A DNA stretch of 63,706 nucleotides, counting the filler, from Globobulimina sp. (Eukaryota), in the NCBI GenBank assembly GCA_003354225.1. It is 33 parts of 33 records of this genome, joined end to end, with 100 filler letters (N's around TTAATTAATTAA, not from the genome) between each part and the next. Parts side by side here need not be neighbours in the genome. Positions count along the whole stretch, not along the records: positions 25,151 to 26,984 come from PIVH01011416.1; positions 27,085 to 28,918 come from PIVH01011417.1; positions 29,019 to 30,852 come from PIVH01011418.1; positions 30,953 to 32,786 come from PIVH01011419.1; positions 32,887 to 34,720 come from PIVH01011420.1; positions 34,821 to 36,653 come from PIVH01011422.1; positions 36,754 to 38,586 come from PIVH01011423.1; 26 more parts are not named here. The stretch is one strand, 5' to 3'. Positions 25,051-38,396 of this stretch are shown in pieces. Each line of letters opens with the position of its first letter. Within the stretch, counting starts at the first letter, position 1. Position numbers and translations under genes: made by a program. Under the pieces are notes generated by a model. The model made no database searches, was not told the origin of the DNA, and worked only from the letters and a program-made list of their open reading frames with translations.

Positions 25051-25150
25051 NNNNNNNNNNNNNNNNNNNNNNNNNNNNNNNNNNNNNNNNNNNNTTAATT
25101 AATTAANNNNNNNNNNNNNNNNNNNNNNNNNNNNNNNNNNNNNNNNNNNN

Positions 25151-26301
25151 CCTTTGGAGCAGACATAAATCCAACAGAGGACCAGGAAGGCGGCAGATTT
25201 TCGCGCATGCAGTTACCCTCAGAATTTTCTATCAAATCATTGACCCCTTCAGCCACAGCAACGGCGGCAACGGCGGCAGCGCCATCGTTGGCAACCTCGA
25301 GTTCAGAAACAGTTATAAGTAAAGGCACATTGTTGATATCCCATCCATTGGCCTGTTTAGGTCAAGCGGACCTATATAGAAAAGTGATTTATATCATTGA
25401 GAACTCGCCGGATCGCATTGTGGGTATCACATTGAATGCGGCGCATTCCTTATTTGATGACAATGCACGCTCAGGAAATAAACATAAAAATAAGCAAAAT
25501 AAAAATAAAATGACTTCGACTGAGTTTGAATATTGTTTCCGAGGTTGGAAAGGTGAGTGGAATTATATGGGCGGACCAGTGAACGATGAAAATTGTCCAT
25601 TTTGTGTATTACATGAAAATAAAACACTTTATGAGAAATTTAAAGAGTCCTCGACGCAGATTATCAGCGACCATACTTATTGGACCTGGGTCACTGCGCA
25701 TAATTATCAGTCAGTGTACAACGCCTTGAATCAAATCACGCGCATTATTCGACATAAAGACGGTAAATCTGAAATTTCTGGAAAAAATGAGGAAAATATG
25801 CAGGATAATGATGGTGTGGTGGATGAGGCGCAAATTGTGTCGGAATCCGAGAGTGATGATATTATAAATGATGAATTTTACGACTCGATCATGAATGACA
25901 GTGGTAATCATTTTAAATTTTTCCAAAAATATTCATATTGGAGTCCGGAACAGTTGGGGGTTGAAATAAAAAATAATGTGTGGTTTGCAGCAAAATTGGA
26001 GGATGTTGACGAAGAGAAACAATTATTACATTTAAAATGTCCATCTCCGAAGTTGTTAAAATTAAAAGACTCACAGACTGATGACAGGAAACAGTTTAAT
26101 AAATGGATGTGGCAGGCTTTTGTCCGAGGATTAGGACATCAATATAAATATTTATCAGTTTTTCCTGATTTAAATAATGAACAAACTAAAGATTTTTATG
26201 CATTTATGGAGGAATTTCATAATAGCTGGGTTCCTGATGTTGAACACGAATCATTTGATTCTGATGATGAAGAGGAGGAAGATTTGGATACTGTTTGGTA
26301 G
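25151..26301 (+). CDS. YqgE/AlgH (DUF179) family protein with acidic insert
   Basis: GTLLISHP, RKVIYI, GITLN, GGPV, YSYWSPEQLGVEIKNNVW. Confidence 0.8.
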
Positions 26302-26397
26302 GAACCCGTTGTTCGAATATTTAATGCTTTGCAATAGGCGCCAACCAAACCTTTGTCTTTTTTTCAGTTCAAAATATCAAAAACCTCAAACTCTTAA

Positions 26398-26630
26398 ATG
26401 TTGAGACTAGTGTTGCTTGGATTTGGTTCGGTCAATCAAGTTCTTGTCGATTTATTGATTGCCAAACAATTACAACTTCGAGCATTATTGAAAAAAGAAA
26501 TTGTTATCGTAGGAGCGTCTGATTCCAAAGGCGCTATTTATAACGAAAATGGATTAGATATAAAAACGTTATTATCCGTCAAAAAGGAAAAACAATCTGT
26601 AATATATTTCGATGCAAATGGGACCAGGTT
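26398..26630 (+). CDS. Homoserine dehydrogenase NAD-binding N-terminus, truncated
   Basis: LVLLGFGSV..IVIVGASDSKGAIYNENGLD; similarity is lost after about 26630. Confidence 0.75.
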
Positions 26631-27084
26631 CTATGTAGATGCTTTGACAGTGTATCATCCAGCCTATCGAATGCGATGACATTGTCAACCGCATCTTCAA
26701 TACTTGCTGAGAAAATAGTAACGAAGAATTTGAAATATGCAGGAAATCCTTAGCTAACTGGGCAGCAAACAGAGAAGATAGAACTAAAAGTGCTGCAATA
26801 ACGTTATATACAAAGTTGTAGGGAGATGACTAGGGAATTGTATGAAGTTGTATAAGGAATTGTGGAGAGTTATATAGGGAGTGGAGTTGCTATAGGAATG
26901 TTGGCAAACATTCAAAGACATGCAATAATCGCTACCATCATTCCCAAGCATCCACTACATAACTTCATATCTAACTACCAATTANNNNNNNNNNNNNNNN
27001 NNNNNNNNNNNNNNNNNNNNNNNNNNNNTTAATTAATTAANNNNNNNNNNNNNNNNNNNNNNNNNNNNNNNNNNNNNNNNNNNN

Positions 27085-27460
27085 ACTAATACTATTAAAT
27101 GTTTAGGAGTTGCACTCGATTTATATGCTTGGCAATGATATTTGGCTGATTTTTGTATTATTGTCGTTATGATAAAGTACCACAGAAATGCAAGCAACAG
27201 ATTCCAATAAATAGCCAAATGAGTGAGGCATGCTAATAAATAATAGACGAGTCCAGCAGTTCCTGTGCTCACTAATATTGCAAGCAAGTCGCGACACATG
27301 CTTACCGTCAACAAGTTACTAGCTCAGTAAAGTTATATTTAAACCTAAAACGATTCATAATCCAATAAAGCTGCATTTTGTTTTGTTATTTTTTGTCCCA
27401 TGAAACCTATCAAGAAAGCAGAAACCATAAATATTATCATCATCTTTATGAAAACTAAAG
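27085..27460 (-). CDS. Membrane protein exons, partial
   Basis: Hydrophobic ORF 27085..27314 plus an upstream hydrophobic segment; exon structure unresolved. Confidence 0.4.
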
Positions 27461-27720
27461 GAAAAGGAGCTAGCTTTACAATATAATTATTTGCAAATTG
27501 TATTATTAAGACAATTTGTATTAATATTATTAAAAGTACAAAAGATAACTATATATTTAGTTATCGCGCTGCACCTTGCACATCGACCTTGTTAAAGAAC
27601 ATATTCTGAATGTTTATAAAATGATAAAATTATGAATTTAGTGCAAATAATAATATTTTTAGCACTTTTTGGAGATTGATATATTTTCTATGTACTTGAT
27701 GTCACAAACAAACACAGAAC

Positions 27721-27798
27721 AAACCCAAGACAAACATATAGCAAACCGTTCCTGGATATTTGCAAAGCGTTTCTCAGATAATTGGATAAAATTTATAC
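27721..27798 (+). repeat. Dispersed ~78-bp repeat, copy 1
   Basis: Aligns to 58124..58199 (AAACCCAAGA..AAACCGTT.CTG..TATTTGCAAAGCGTTTCTC.GATAATTG.ATAAAAT). Confidence 0.85.
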
Positions 27799-27897
27799 AA
27801 CTTATCGACCAGAGGGGGGGTTGAATATATAGTTGAAATAAATGTTAAATTTGGTATATGGAAAAAATTTTACTTCAACAGAAAAGTTGTTGAAATC

Positions 27898-28619
27898 ATG
27901 CCAAAAAGGCTACGTAGCTGTCTTGGATTGTCTCTATTAACATTTATTACAATGTTACTGTTATCAGGATACATGATAATAATGGACATGAGTTACCAAT
28001 CACAAACCTATCTGACATCGTTCAATAACAGAAGAACATTATCCAATGACAGCAGACCAAGATATCCCATTGTCGCAGCAACCTGGTTTTTTTCCAATGC
28101 AACAGACACTGCGTGGCACACAATCATCAACACCAAAGATTCATTACGCGCAGTTGTAGCAGGATGTGGATACTGTGAGAATAACCCGGGACACTGTGGT
28201 TGGAGTGTTGGTTATGGCGCAAAACCAGACCAAACGAATCAAGTCACATTAGATGCAATGATAATGTATGCCCCAACGCATGAGATTGGCGCAGTTGGAC
28301 AAGTTTCTAATATTAAAAACATGGCGTAGGTGGTGCTGTAGCAACAGGAGATGGTGATGTTATGATGCGGTTTAATCCGACATTTACTGCTACAAAATAT
28401 ATGCAATTTGGAATGGATGTTAAGAGTGCCTGCGAAGAGGCACTGAAAGAGATTGTGGAACATCATCAGGACTTTGATGGAGCGTTGCTTTGTATGGATT
28501 ATTTAGGGAATATAGGTGCTGCTAATTATGGTTCTTCGAGTTATTCACCATTTCATTATGTTTATAGGGATAATTCAACGAATCAAAGTGTTCTTGTCAG
28601 CAATGATCCGTTTGAATAA
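27898..28619 (+). pseudogene. Aspartylglucosaminidase (AGA-like) with large internal deletion and frameshift near 28320
   Basis: TW.F..AT..AW..GCGYCE..SVGYGAKPD..VTLDAMIM..GAVG..IKN jumps directly to GGAVATGDGDVMMRF. The central HDTIG/GRVGD region is absent. Confidence 0.85.
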
Positions 28620-28801
28620 ACAATGTAATAATTAATATAAACCGCATCACAAATCGTAAAATTACATGATAGAAAAATTTTCGTTTGTTCTGAAACATTT
28701 TGGACTATATACAATTGAAAAATTGGACTATATACAGCTAGATAACGGTAGTGCCCTACTCTCCCTATGCTATTATTGAAAATTTGGAATCAATAACAAC
28801 G

Positions 28802-28880
28802 AGATTTTCGGAGTGTTGTTGTTGTGTGTTGATGATTTTCGGAGTGTTGTTGTATGGTGATGATTTTTGGAGTGTTGTTG
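28802..28880. repeat. Tandem repeat of about 28-30 bp x3
   Basis: Core GATTTT(C/T)GGAGTGTTGTTG occurs three times. Confidence 0.8.
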
Positions 28881-29211
28881 ACTTTTGAGAGGATTTGTAA
28901 ATGTAGGAAATGACACAANNNNNNNNNNNNNNNNNNNNNNNNNNNNNNNNNNNNNNNNNNNNTTAATTAATTAANNNNNNNNNNNNNNNNNNNNNNNNNN
29001 NNNNNNNNNNNNNNNNNNAATAATGATGGCTACTTTGTCGGGTTTTTTTTTCCAAAAATCTTTCTGCCTCACATTCGTGTGTTTTGTGCATGCTGTCCTT
29101 TGCAAACAGACACTAAAACCACAAAGATAATTCACATATTTTTGTGTTTTGTCTTGATCAAATCTTTTTGTTTTTGTGTTATTTAAAAAATAATGCAATA
29201 TTAAAAGGACT

Positions 29212-30852
29212 ATGATTCCTTTTACATCTAATCACATACCAAAAATATTATTAATAATATGTTTAATAATTATATCCAAAACAAGTGCATATAATACACT
29301 CAATTCAGACTTTTATAAAAATATAGAATTCTTTGATGAACTGTACAATAATTATTACGATGACTATTATTACGATGAAGATGATAATGATGATATTGAA
29401 AGCCAAGAAGAAAGAGGCAATGTAGGAGCTGACGCATCAATATCAGACTATACGTTGTATTTTAATGATTACAATTTTGATTGGTCCAAAGAGGAAGATT
29501 GGGATAAAATAAATATTATCAATCACAATAAAGATGCACTAAAACCATACCAACAAATCGAAGCATGTACATTTAAAATAGCATCCATCCAAAAAAGAGT
29601 TTGTGTTCATAGTAAAGAAGATGGCGGATTTAAAATAAAATTTAAATCAGTCCCTAATAACAATCAAGAAGCAGCCGCAAAAACATTAAACAGCGACAAT
29701 TTATATGATAAATATGATGATATATCGAGTTTTTATGACGATATTGAGTTAGATTGGGATAACGATGCGGATTGGAGTGAAATTAGTCATTCATTATCGG
29801 ACTATGACGCCAATACAATCAATACCAAATATATGAATGACATGATCCAATTACGACAGTCAAATGATTTGATCAAACAATATCAGACTGCATTAAACAA
29901 TTATAACCAACTTTTTTATCAAAATTATGGTGTATATCCCTCCTCAGCGCAAGCACAATCATCCGCTTCTGCCGCCTATCAAAACATGCTCAACGACTAT
30001 TATTATGATGATAGCCCGTTAGGCGCAGATCCATTTACCTCAGAAATGGCCGATACGCTAAATGGTAACGGTGGCGACGATATGTATAACTTATATGGCG
30101 GTGCAGCTGCGGGGCAAAGCCATGCAACGCAAGCAATGCAGCAAATGCAACAACAGAATGCCAATGCCAATGTGAATCCGAATATGGTCAACTCTATGGC
30201 TCAAGGCATGGATGCATCGAAGTATGTACATGTAATTAGTAATTCTATATCCTTGCACAACTACGAAAATAAAAAACATATCAGACAGCGCCAAATGATT
30301 CGACAAGAAGCGCGCAGAGCGATCGCCGCCATTCGGGCCACGATGTCGCAAGCACAGCAACGTTTAAATCGTGCCTTGCGACAGATCCATAATTATATAT
30401 CGCAAGTCGGTAAGGGTTACAATAAGATGCAAGGGCAAATTGGGAATAATTTAAATAAATTGACCCAGGAAGGCCAAAAGGTTATGAGTGTAAACAGAAA
30501 TGCATTGCGAACCAATGAAAATGCGATGAAAAGTTTCGCGGGACAGTTGCAAGGCGGTTTAAATGGAAATAATGCACAGTTATTACAACAATTGCAAGCC
30601 ATGCAAAAACGTCGACGTTCTGGAAATGGGCAAAATGCTGCATTAGAATCATTATTAATGCAAGATATAAACGCTAAAAATAAACCACCGCCAATACCAC
30701 AACGACGACACAATTCGGGTTTACAAGCGTTGTTAATGCAAGACATAGCTTCTAAAGGTGGGCAGGGGCAGCCACAACAGCCACAGATGCCATTTGGTTA
30801 TCCCCTACAAGGCAATGGCAGAAACGGTAGGAACGGTAGGAATGGATTGTTG
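29212..30852 (+). CDS. Secreted low-complexity protein (Y/D-rich, then Q/N/M-rich coiled coil), 3'-partial
   Basis: Signal peptide-like KILLIICLIIISKTSA; YYDDYYYD; repeated DW...DW and LLMQDI; terminal GRN repeats. Confidence 0.8.
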
Positions 30853-31125
30853 NNNNNNNNNNNNNNNNNNNNNNNNNNNNNNNNNNNNNNNNNNNNTTAA
30901 TTAATTAANNNNNNNNNNNNNNNNNNNNNNNNNNNNNNNNNNNNNNNNNNNNTCAACAAAGGTATCATCCATTACTTACAGAGCGAGGGGACTAAAATCA
31001 AAAACAAAATGCGGTGTACGTAGATTATGAACCAAATAGATATGTATCAACATGTCCACCCATGCTTATTTTGGCGGATTTGATACTGTTTCCATAATGA
31101 ACAACAAATTTTACATTTATAAATG

Positions 31126-31824
31126 TTACAAAAATTCAATTTCACATTGCGACGCTTTTCTAAATCCAACAGCAAATCGATATTGATCAATTTTTATTTT
31201 TTTAAAAGCAACTCCATGATCTTTCCCATTAATACAATATCGAATTGTTCGACGATTTAAATTAACAGTCATTGATAACCAATCATTGGTTTTACCAAAC
31301 CGTTCACCGTAAGCTCTCCCATTACTTATGTCTTGTTCAAAGACCTTCGCAGTGTTTCCAGAAAATAAATATCCGCCATCCGTATAAAAACAGGTACTTG
31401 TCTTATATTTTGTGATTAATCTCGTTTGATTTGGTATAATTCCAACGAATGGATGGTAATTGTCATGAACAATGTGGCCAGCTTTGCATATTCTAATACT
31501 CCATGTATAAAATGTGCGTTTTTTTATATTGATGACTTCATTTCCATAAACACAATAATATCCGTTAATTGTCAAATAATTTAAATGTTTTATTGACGCA
31601 ACACACTGTATTTTTTTCCTATTTCTGGATATCCTCATCTTTGCATGATGATATATAGCATTCCAAGTGTCACATAATGGCACAAACCAATATTCAAAAC
31701 ATAAATCTTGTATGTCGCGTGGTATTGATATGTGGTGGGTACTCTCAACATGTAATCTTATATATCCAATCACTAACAAATCGGTTCCAATTTTCTTGTT
31801 AAATTTGTCCATCGTTATTGCCAT
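31126..31824 (-). CDS. SPRY/B30.2-like domain protein with N-terminal LLVxGY motif
   Basis: YTWSIRI..FVGII..YGERF..DWLSMTVNLNRRTIRYCINGKDHGVAF..YRFAV; start inferred at MAITMD. Confidence 0.75.
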   Translation of the reverse strand: MAITMDKFNKKIGTDLLVIGYIRLHVESTHHISIPRDIQDLCFEYWFVPLCDTWNAIYHHAKMRISRNRKKIQCVASIKHLNYLTINGYYCVYGNEVINIKKRTFYTWSIRICKAGHIVHDNYHPFVGIIPNQTRLITKYKTSTCFYTDGGYLFSGNTAKVFEQDISNGRAYGERFGKTNDWLSMTVNLNRRTIRYCINGKDHGVAFKKIKIDQYRFAVGFRKASQCEIEFL

Positions 31825-31880
31825 GGTAAAATGTGAAGAATTAATAACAAAACTCAATTTACATGGTATTATCAGGTAAG

Positions 31881-32786
31881 ATGTCGTTGGAAGCAGCTTA
31901 TTTTTGGAATGAGTTCTGCTTAAATAGCATAATGTTGATGCTATGGGTGATGGTTTTGGTTGCGCTTCTTTATCAATTATGTTATAAGGACAATAAGATT
32001 GCAAATAGCACCAAAGCATCCACGTTTTTATTTGTAAGCTCTGGTGTTGTATCATGGATATCGTGGACATTTTTTATGATATCGAAGGAATTTGATATTT
32101 GGATGTCATCATTTTTAATTCATATTATTATGGAATGTATGTTATATTATTTATCATTTTATTTGTTCATTTTGTCACGGCTACAAACGGCATTTGCAGG
32201 ATCCGCGCATGAAGTATCTAACAAATATTTTATTTGTGTCATTTGTATTGCTGTGATATCATTATCATTAATGACTGGATCTTCTTTATATCACAGCATA
32301 TTTGAGGACGTAAGTGGTATATCCTTATATTTTATAGATTTCTGCTCTTATCAATATTTGCTGTTTGATATATTTATTAGAATATCTGTCATATTTTTAT
32401 TTAACAAAAAACTATTTCATTTAATCATTGATCAAAGAGAGGATTTGGCCCAATTTGCTGATAAACAATCAATGATAACAAGCATTAGCAATGAACTGAA
32501 TGGCCGACAACGTGTCTTACTACGATCAATAACTAAGCACACACTGTTAATTTGCATAGGTATCATATCATTCATATGCATCAATTTTAAAATATTAATT
32601 TTTTCCCACTGATCGATGGCATTTAATATAAACAATTAATATTTTGAAATTGGTTTGTTTTGTTGTAGTGATTGTAACCAATATGTCATACAATGCATGG
32701 CTGGAAATTAAATCTTTCCATGATACGCCACGTGTAAATATTGGTGAGTTGATTTCCGATTATTTCTTTTTTATGATGACTGTATT
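31881..32786 (+). CDS. Multi-pass (7TM/GPCR-like) membrane protein; 3' part unresolved
   Basis: Six hydrophobic helices, SRLQTAF after TM3, ITKHTLL before TM6; alternative ATG at 31863. Confidence 0.6.
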
Positions 32787-32886
32787 NNNNNNNNNNNNNN
32801 NNNNNNNNNNNNNNNNNNNNNNNNNNNNNNTTAATTAATTAANNNNNNNNNNNNNNNNNNNNNNNNNNNNNNNNNNNNNNNNNNNN

Positions 32887-34075
<1,189 letters not shown>

Positions 34076-34162
34076 TGGTTACGGACCAAGTTGGGGAATG
34101 GTTGAAATACAAAAAATCGTAAGCAGACTGTTTTTTGTTTGCTCGATATTTAAGAATACTCG

Positions 34163-34627
34163 ATGCAGCAAAAAAAAGTGACGGTAAGAAATGATTCCAC
34201 GCAAATGGTGAAAGTGAGACTACGAGCAATTACACGGTACATAAAAGAGTCAAAATATTCAGGCAATCATAGTGAACAAAGTATTAATGACACTCAGAAA
34301 TCAGTCGCTTCATCTTCGGCATTCAACAATATCAGTCATTCTTCCTCGGAAAGGTATTAATTGTTCAAAACTTTGTTGTATATTTATTCCAACAAATCCT
34401 CATCAAATGAAAATAGGAAAGTGGGAATTAAAGCATTTGGAGGTTCAGCAATGGCAAATAAATCGCAACAAAAATCGTACCATAATTCTGCTGCTAACGC
34501 AATGTCGAATGACTACACAAATGAACAGAAACAAAGTTATTCAACTTCCTCTCATGATATATCAAATTATAATTTGCTAATTAAAAAGATGCAAGATATT
34601 CAGATAAGAAGTAATAATTTAATTTAA
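34163..34627 (+). CDS. Ser/Asn-rich protein, probably spliced
   Basis: Two adjacent ORFs separated by a GTATTA donor at about 34354; divergent from PRMT1. Confidence 0.45.
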
Positions 34628-34820
34628 TATTTAATTGGGTCAGTTACAGCAATATAACAAACGGGAAAAGTATATATATTAATATGAAATATTAATATCA
34701 CAAAAAAGGGAAATAAGATTNNNNNNNNNNNNNNNNNNNNNNNNNNNNNNNNNNNNNNNNNNNNTTAATTAATTAANNNNNNNNNNNNNNNNNNNNNNNN
34801 NNNNNNNNNNNNNNNNNNNN

Positions 34821-35084
34821 CAGGAAGGGTGTGACAAATTCTGTGCTTTTTGCGTTGTCCCTTATACCCGGGGCGCTGAGTTTTCTCGGCCTACCCAAGA
34901 CATTGTTTCTGAAGCAAAACGAATGATTGAAGGCGGGACTAAAGAAATTACACTGCTTGGTCAAAATGTGAACGCGTATCATGGCGTTGGGAAAAATGGA
35001 AAATCAGCATCACTCGCCCATCTAATACAAGAGTTGGCTGAACTCGATGGGCTGAAAAGGCTCCGTTACACAACCTCCCATCCT
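34821..35084 (+). CDS. miaB: Bacterial tRNA methylthiotransferase MiaB fragment (alphaproteobacterial-like)
   Basis: [23 protein letters not shown] (radical SAM CxxxCxxC), [21 protein letters not shown]. Confidence 0.92.
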
Positions 35085-35286
35085 CTCCTTTGTGTTTATG
35101 TAGCGATAATTTAGGAATAATATCCCGTAATAATTTATGCATGCTGTCTACCAAAAAAACAAAAAAACTTTGCGGTTTGTCCATACACAATGCGAATGCG
35201 AATGCGATTGAACCATCATAATCAACAACAAAAAAACAAGAAAAACAAAGAAAAAAAGCAAACAAACAAACAAAGCAAACGTTACA

Positions 35287-36549
35287 TTACATTACATTGA
35301 GATCATTATCATTCTCTTCATCATCATCTTCATCCTCATCATCATCATCATCGTCATCTTCACCAAAATCACCCATTAAGCCGGCAGACATCAATGAATT
35401 CTCAATAATTATATGCTGTACGTCGTTAAACACCTTTTCAACATTATTTTTATCCGTCGCCAATGTAACATGCGTAAAAATGGATTTTTCAGCGGACTTA
35501 TTTTTTGAGACAAAAGCATTCTTAATATATTGGGCGGAATCGTCAAATGAGAATGGACCGCCTTCATAGTCATCAAATTCGGGACACAAAGAAATGGCTT
35601 TATTCTCATTTAGTTTTTGGGCAAATAAGTCTTTTTTATTTAGAAATAAGATCATTGATGTTTTCTCAAACCAGGCGTCGTTGCAAATGGAGTCGAATAA
35701 TACTAATTGGTCAGCCATAGAATTAACGCCTTCGTCTTCAAACATAACCTCATCATAACACGACAAACTCGCAACAAATATTACGGCGGTCACGCCTTCA
35801 AAGCAATGAATCCATTTTTTACGTTCGGATTTTTGTCCGCCGACATCAAATATATGAAATGTATTCTTTTGTATTGTAAATTTCTGGTCAATCACTCCCG
35901 TGGTCCGATAGCGGACTAACAAAATGTCCTCCTCATTGGGTATATAGTTCGACGATGATATTTCAGATATTTTATCCCAAAAATACGACGAACTGTCCTC
36001 AATCTTCATTTTTGCGCGTCGCGAATAGATATCTTTAATTATTTCTTCTTTCCATAATGCAATGCACGCGGAGGCAATCTCGTCATTTAACTATATGCGA
36101 ATATGCGTATTGTATTATATTTTATTTATATTTGTAGAGTTTCTCTTAACTTTGGGGTCTTTAACAGATTGTAATATGGTAACAGCTCTTTGTCCGTCGA
36201 CCGATAATTGTTTAAAGGCATTGAAATCATGCGGTTTCTTATAGTCATCGCCATATTGATTTAAAAGTTCGTCTTCGGCTAAAAATTCGATGCATTCGAT
36301 GGCTAATTTCATTTGCTCGATTATTTGGGCATGGATATGGTCAACGAAAGTCAATCTGTCCTCAGAATTATCAAATCCTGTTCCATGTATTTTTTTTAAC
36401 TGTTTGAATAATGTCGATTTGCCGGATCCACCGCTGCCTAAAAATAATAATTTTTTCACATATTTATCTTTTTGTTTTTGTTTATTTAATTCATTGTTTA
36501 ATCGTTTATCTTTTTGTCCGTCGGGATTGTCGCTTAAGCAGGCACCCAT
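35287..36549 (-). CDS. Heterotrimeric G-protein alpha subunit; intron 36091..36150; acidic tail
   Basis: MGAC N-terminus, GSGGSGKST, RYRTTG, DVGGQKSERKKW, NKKD, TLATD. Confidence 0.95.
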
Positions 36550-36814
36550 TAGTAAAGACTGCTGAGTAACTGCCAAAGAGAGGTTTTAGTGCCGTGGTTT
36601 TTTTTTATTGCGTTTTGTTAGCTGGTTGTTGACAGACTCACTGCGCTCAGCAANNNNNNNNNNNNNNNNNNNNNNNNNNNNNNNNNNNNNNNNNNNNTTA
36701 ATTAATTAANNNNNNNNNNNNNNNNNNNNNNNNNNNNNNNNNNNNNNNNNNNNGTCCTTCGCGCACTTCTTTACAAACAGAGGCGTGAGCAACAAAGTCA
36801 CTCGCCTCCAGCTA

Positions 36815-37458
36815 CAGCTCCTGGCTTCAGACTTGCCGCCTCTGCGGCTGCCAACAACCTTTGGGATCTTTATCACATGGATTTGAAGACCGCATTTCTG
36901 CAAGGTCAAGCATATGACGACTCTAGGAATGTCCTGTGCGAACTCCCTAAGGAAGCCGGGCAACCATGGTACATGGCAGCATGGATGAAAAAGCCTGCGT
37001 ATGGTTTGAATGATGCACCAAGACGCTGGTGGAACGTTGTTGATGAGAAACTGAGGTCCTATGGCTTGGTGCCCACTAGAGCTGACCGCTGCACATATGT
37101 ACTATATCATGACAATGTCAAGTCAAACACAAAAGGGCCAAAGTCGCCCATGTGACCAGACCTGAAGTCATTTGCCCCGAAGAATGTGATGCAAACTCTG
37201 GATGATGCTGTTGAATATCTTATGGATCCTGTCACAGGAAGTAACTGCCAGGGAAGAAAGGTCGCTGGCATTGTTTGCCTACATGTTGATGATCTCTTCA
37301 TGGCTGGGAACAGTTTCTTCCAAGAACGTGTCATGGGAGGTTTGAGAAAGGACTTTCAGGTAGGGTCTGAAGATAAGAATGACATCATGTTCGTTGGACA
37401 ACGGATCAGATGGATAGGAAAGGACGCCCCTGCGTCTGCAACCAAGAACACTAAGAAG
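36815..37458 (+). mobile_element. Ty1/copia reverse transcriptase fragment with in-frame TGA (37153..37155)
   Basis: MDLKTAFLQG, KKPAYGLNDAPRRWW, ADRC, CLHVDDLF; noticeably more GC-rich than host DNA. Confidence 0.88.
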
Positions 37459-37575
37459 TCCGCACATGTGGACAAGGAATATCTTGCCTTCCCGCTTCAA
37501 TATCTGGCCGCACCGGTTTAGCAATGGCAGGCAATACTTGTTGAATATCTCCGGCGACAAAAGAGTGCTGGACGT
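37459..37575 (-). CDS. Prokaryotic URO-D/methyltransferase family fragment
   Basis: LLSPEIFNKYCLP..ILKREGKIFLVHMCG (SP..F..Y..P ... HxCG). Confidence 0.7.
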
Positions 37576-38396
37576 GTTTTCATATTCCTATTGAATGAAA
37601 CTAATGCATGATTGGAAAATAAGTAGGTTTTTTTAAATTTATTATCATATAAATCAATCTCCGATAATGAGCAATTTCGCAGTCCATAAAAATCATTCCC
37701 ATGATAAAAATTATAAATTACACTGCAAATATCATCACTGAAAACATTTGAAACACAATTTTCTAAACTTAAATATTGACAATATTTGCATTTACGTTGT
37801 ATTGTATCGAATATACATTGGATGTCTTGTTTGTTCATTGCTATTGAATGGAATTCTAATGATTCTAATTCCGTTGTTTTATTTGGATTTTTATTGATTC
37901 CGTCACATAAATTATAAATACACTCGGAATCTATAACGTTTTCCAACTTATTGTCTTGGTTTTTGTTGCAATTGGTTGATAAATCAAAATTTAACTGTTT
38001 AATTTGATTATTTGGTGATGATAGGATTTTATTTAACCATTCAAACATATTTAATGCATCTTTATTGCTTAATTCATTCGTGTTTCGTAATGATATGTTG
38101 TCAATATATTGTTGATTATTATCTGTTTTTTTCTTGTCTTTTGATTGGGAGATACGTTTAATGGGTTTGTTTGAGATCAGTATATCTTGGAAATATTGTT
38201 TATGTAAATCATTCATTTCAGTCCAATTTAAATTTAATGTGTTTTCAACATTGTCTGCGGACTCTATGAACTTGGTAACTTCACTTGCTTTTATTGAGGA
38301 TACTTCTGTTGAGATACATCGTACACTGCGATGATATGTTCTTAGCAGACATGTTTTAGTTATCGAAAACATTTTTGTTTTGTTGTTTTTAATCAT
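37576..38396 (-). CDS. RNI/LRR-like protein with mitochondrial-type presequence, truncated by chimera
   Basis: Basic, acid-free N-terminus; IKQLNF, LESLEF, YLSLENC, LSEIDLYDN. Confidence 0.55.

Noticed and set aside
37153-37155. In-frame TGA as alternative genetic code or selenocysteine
   Set aside because: Single stop in a non-conserved insert of a transposon; TGG is used for Trp, and host genes end in TAA, TAG and TGA normally.
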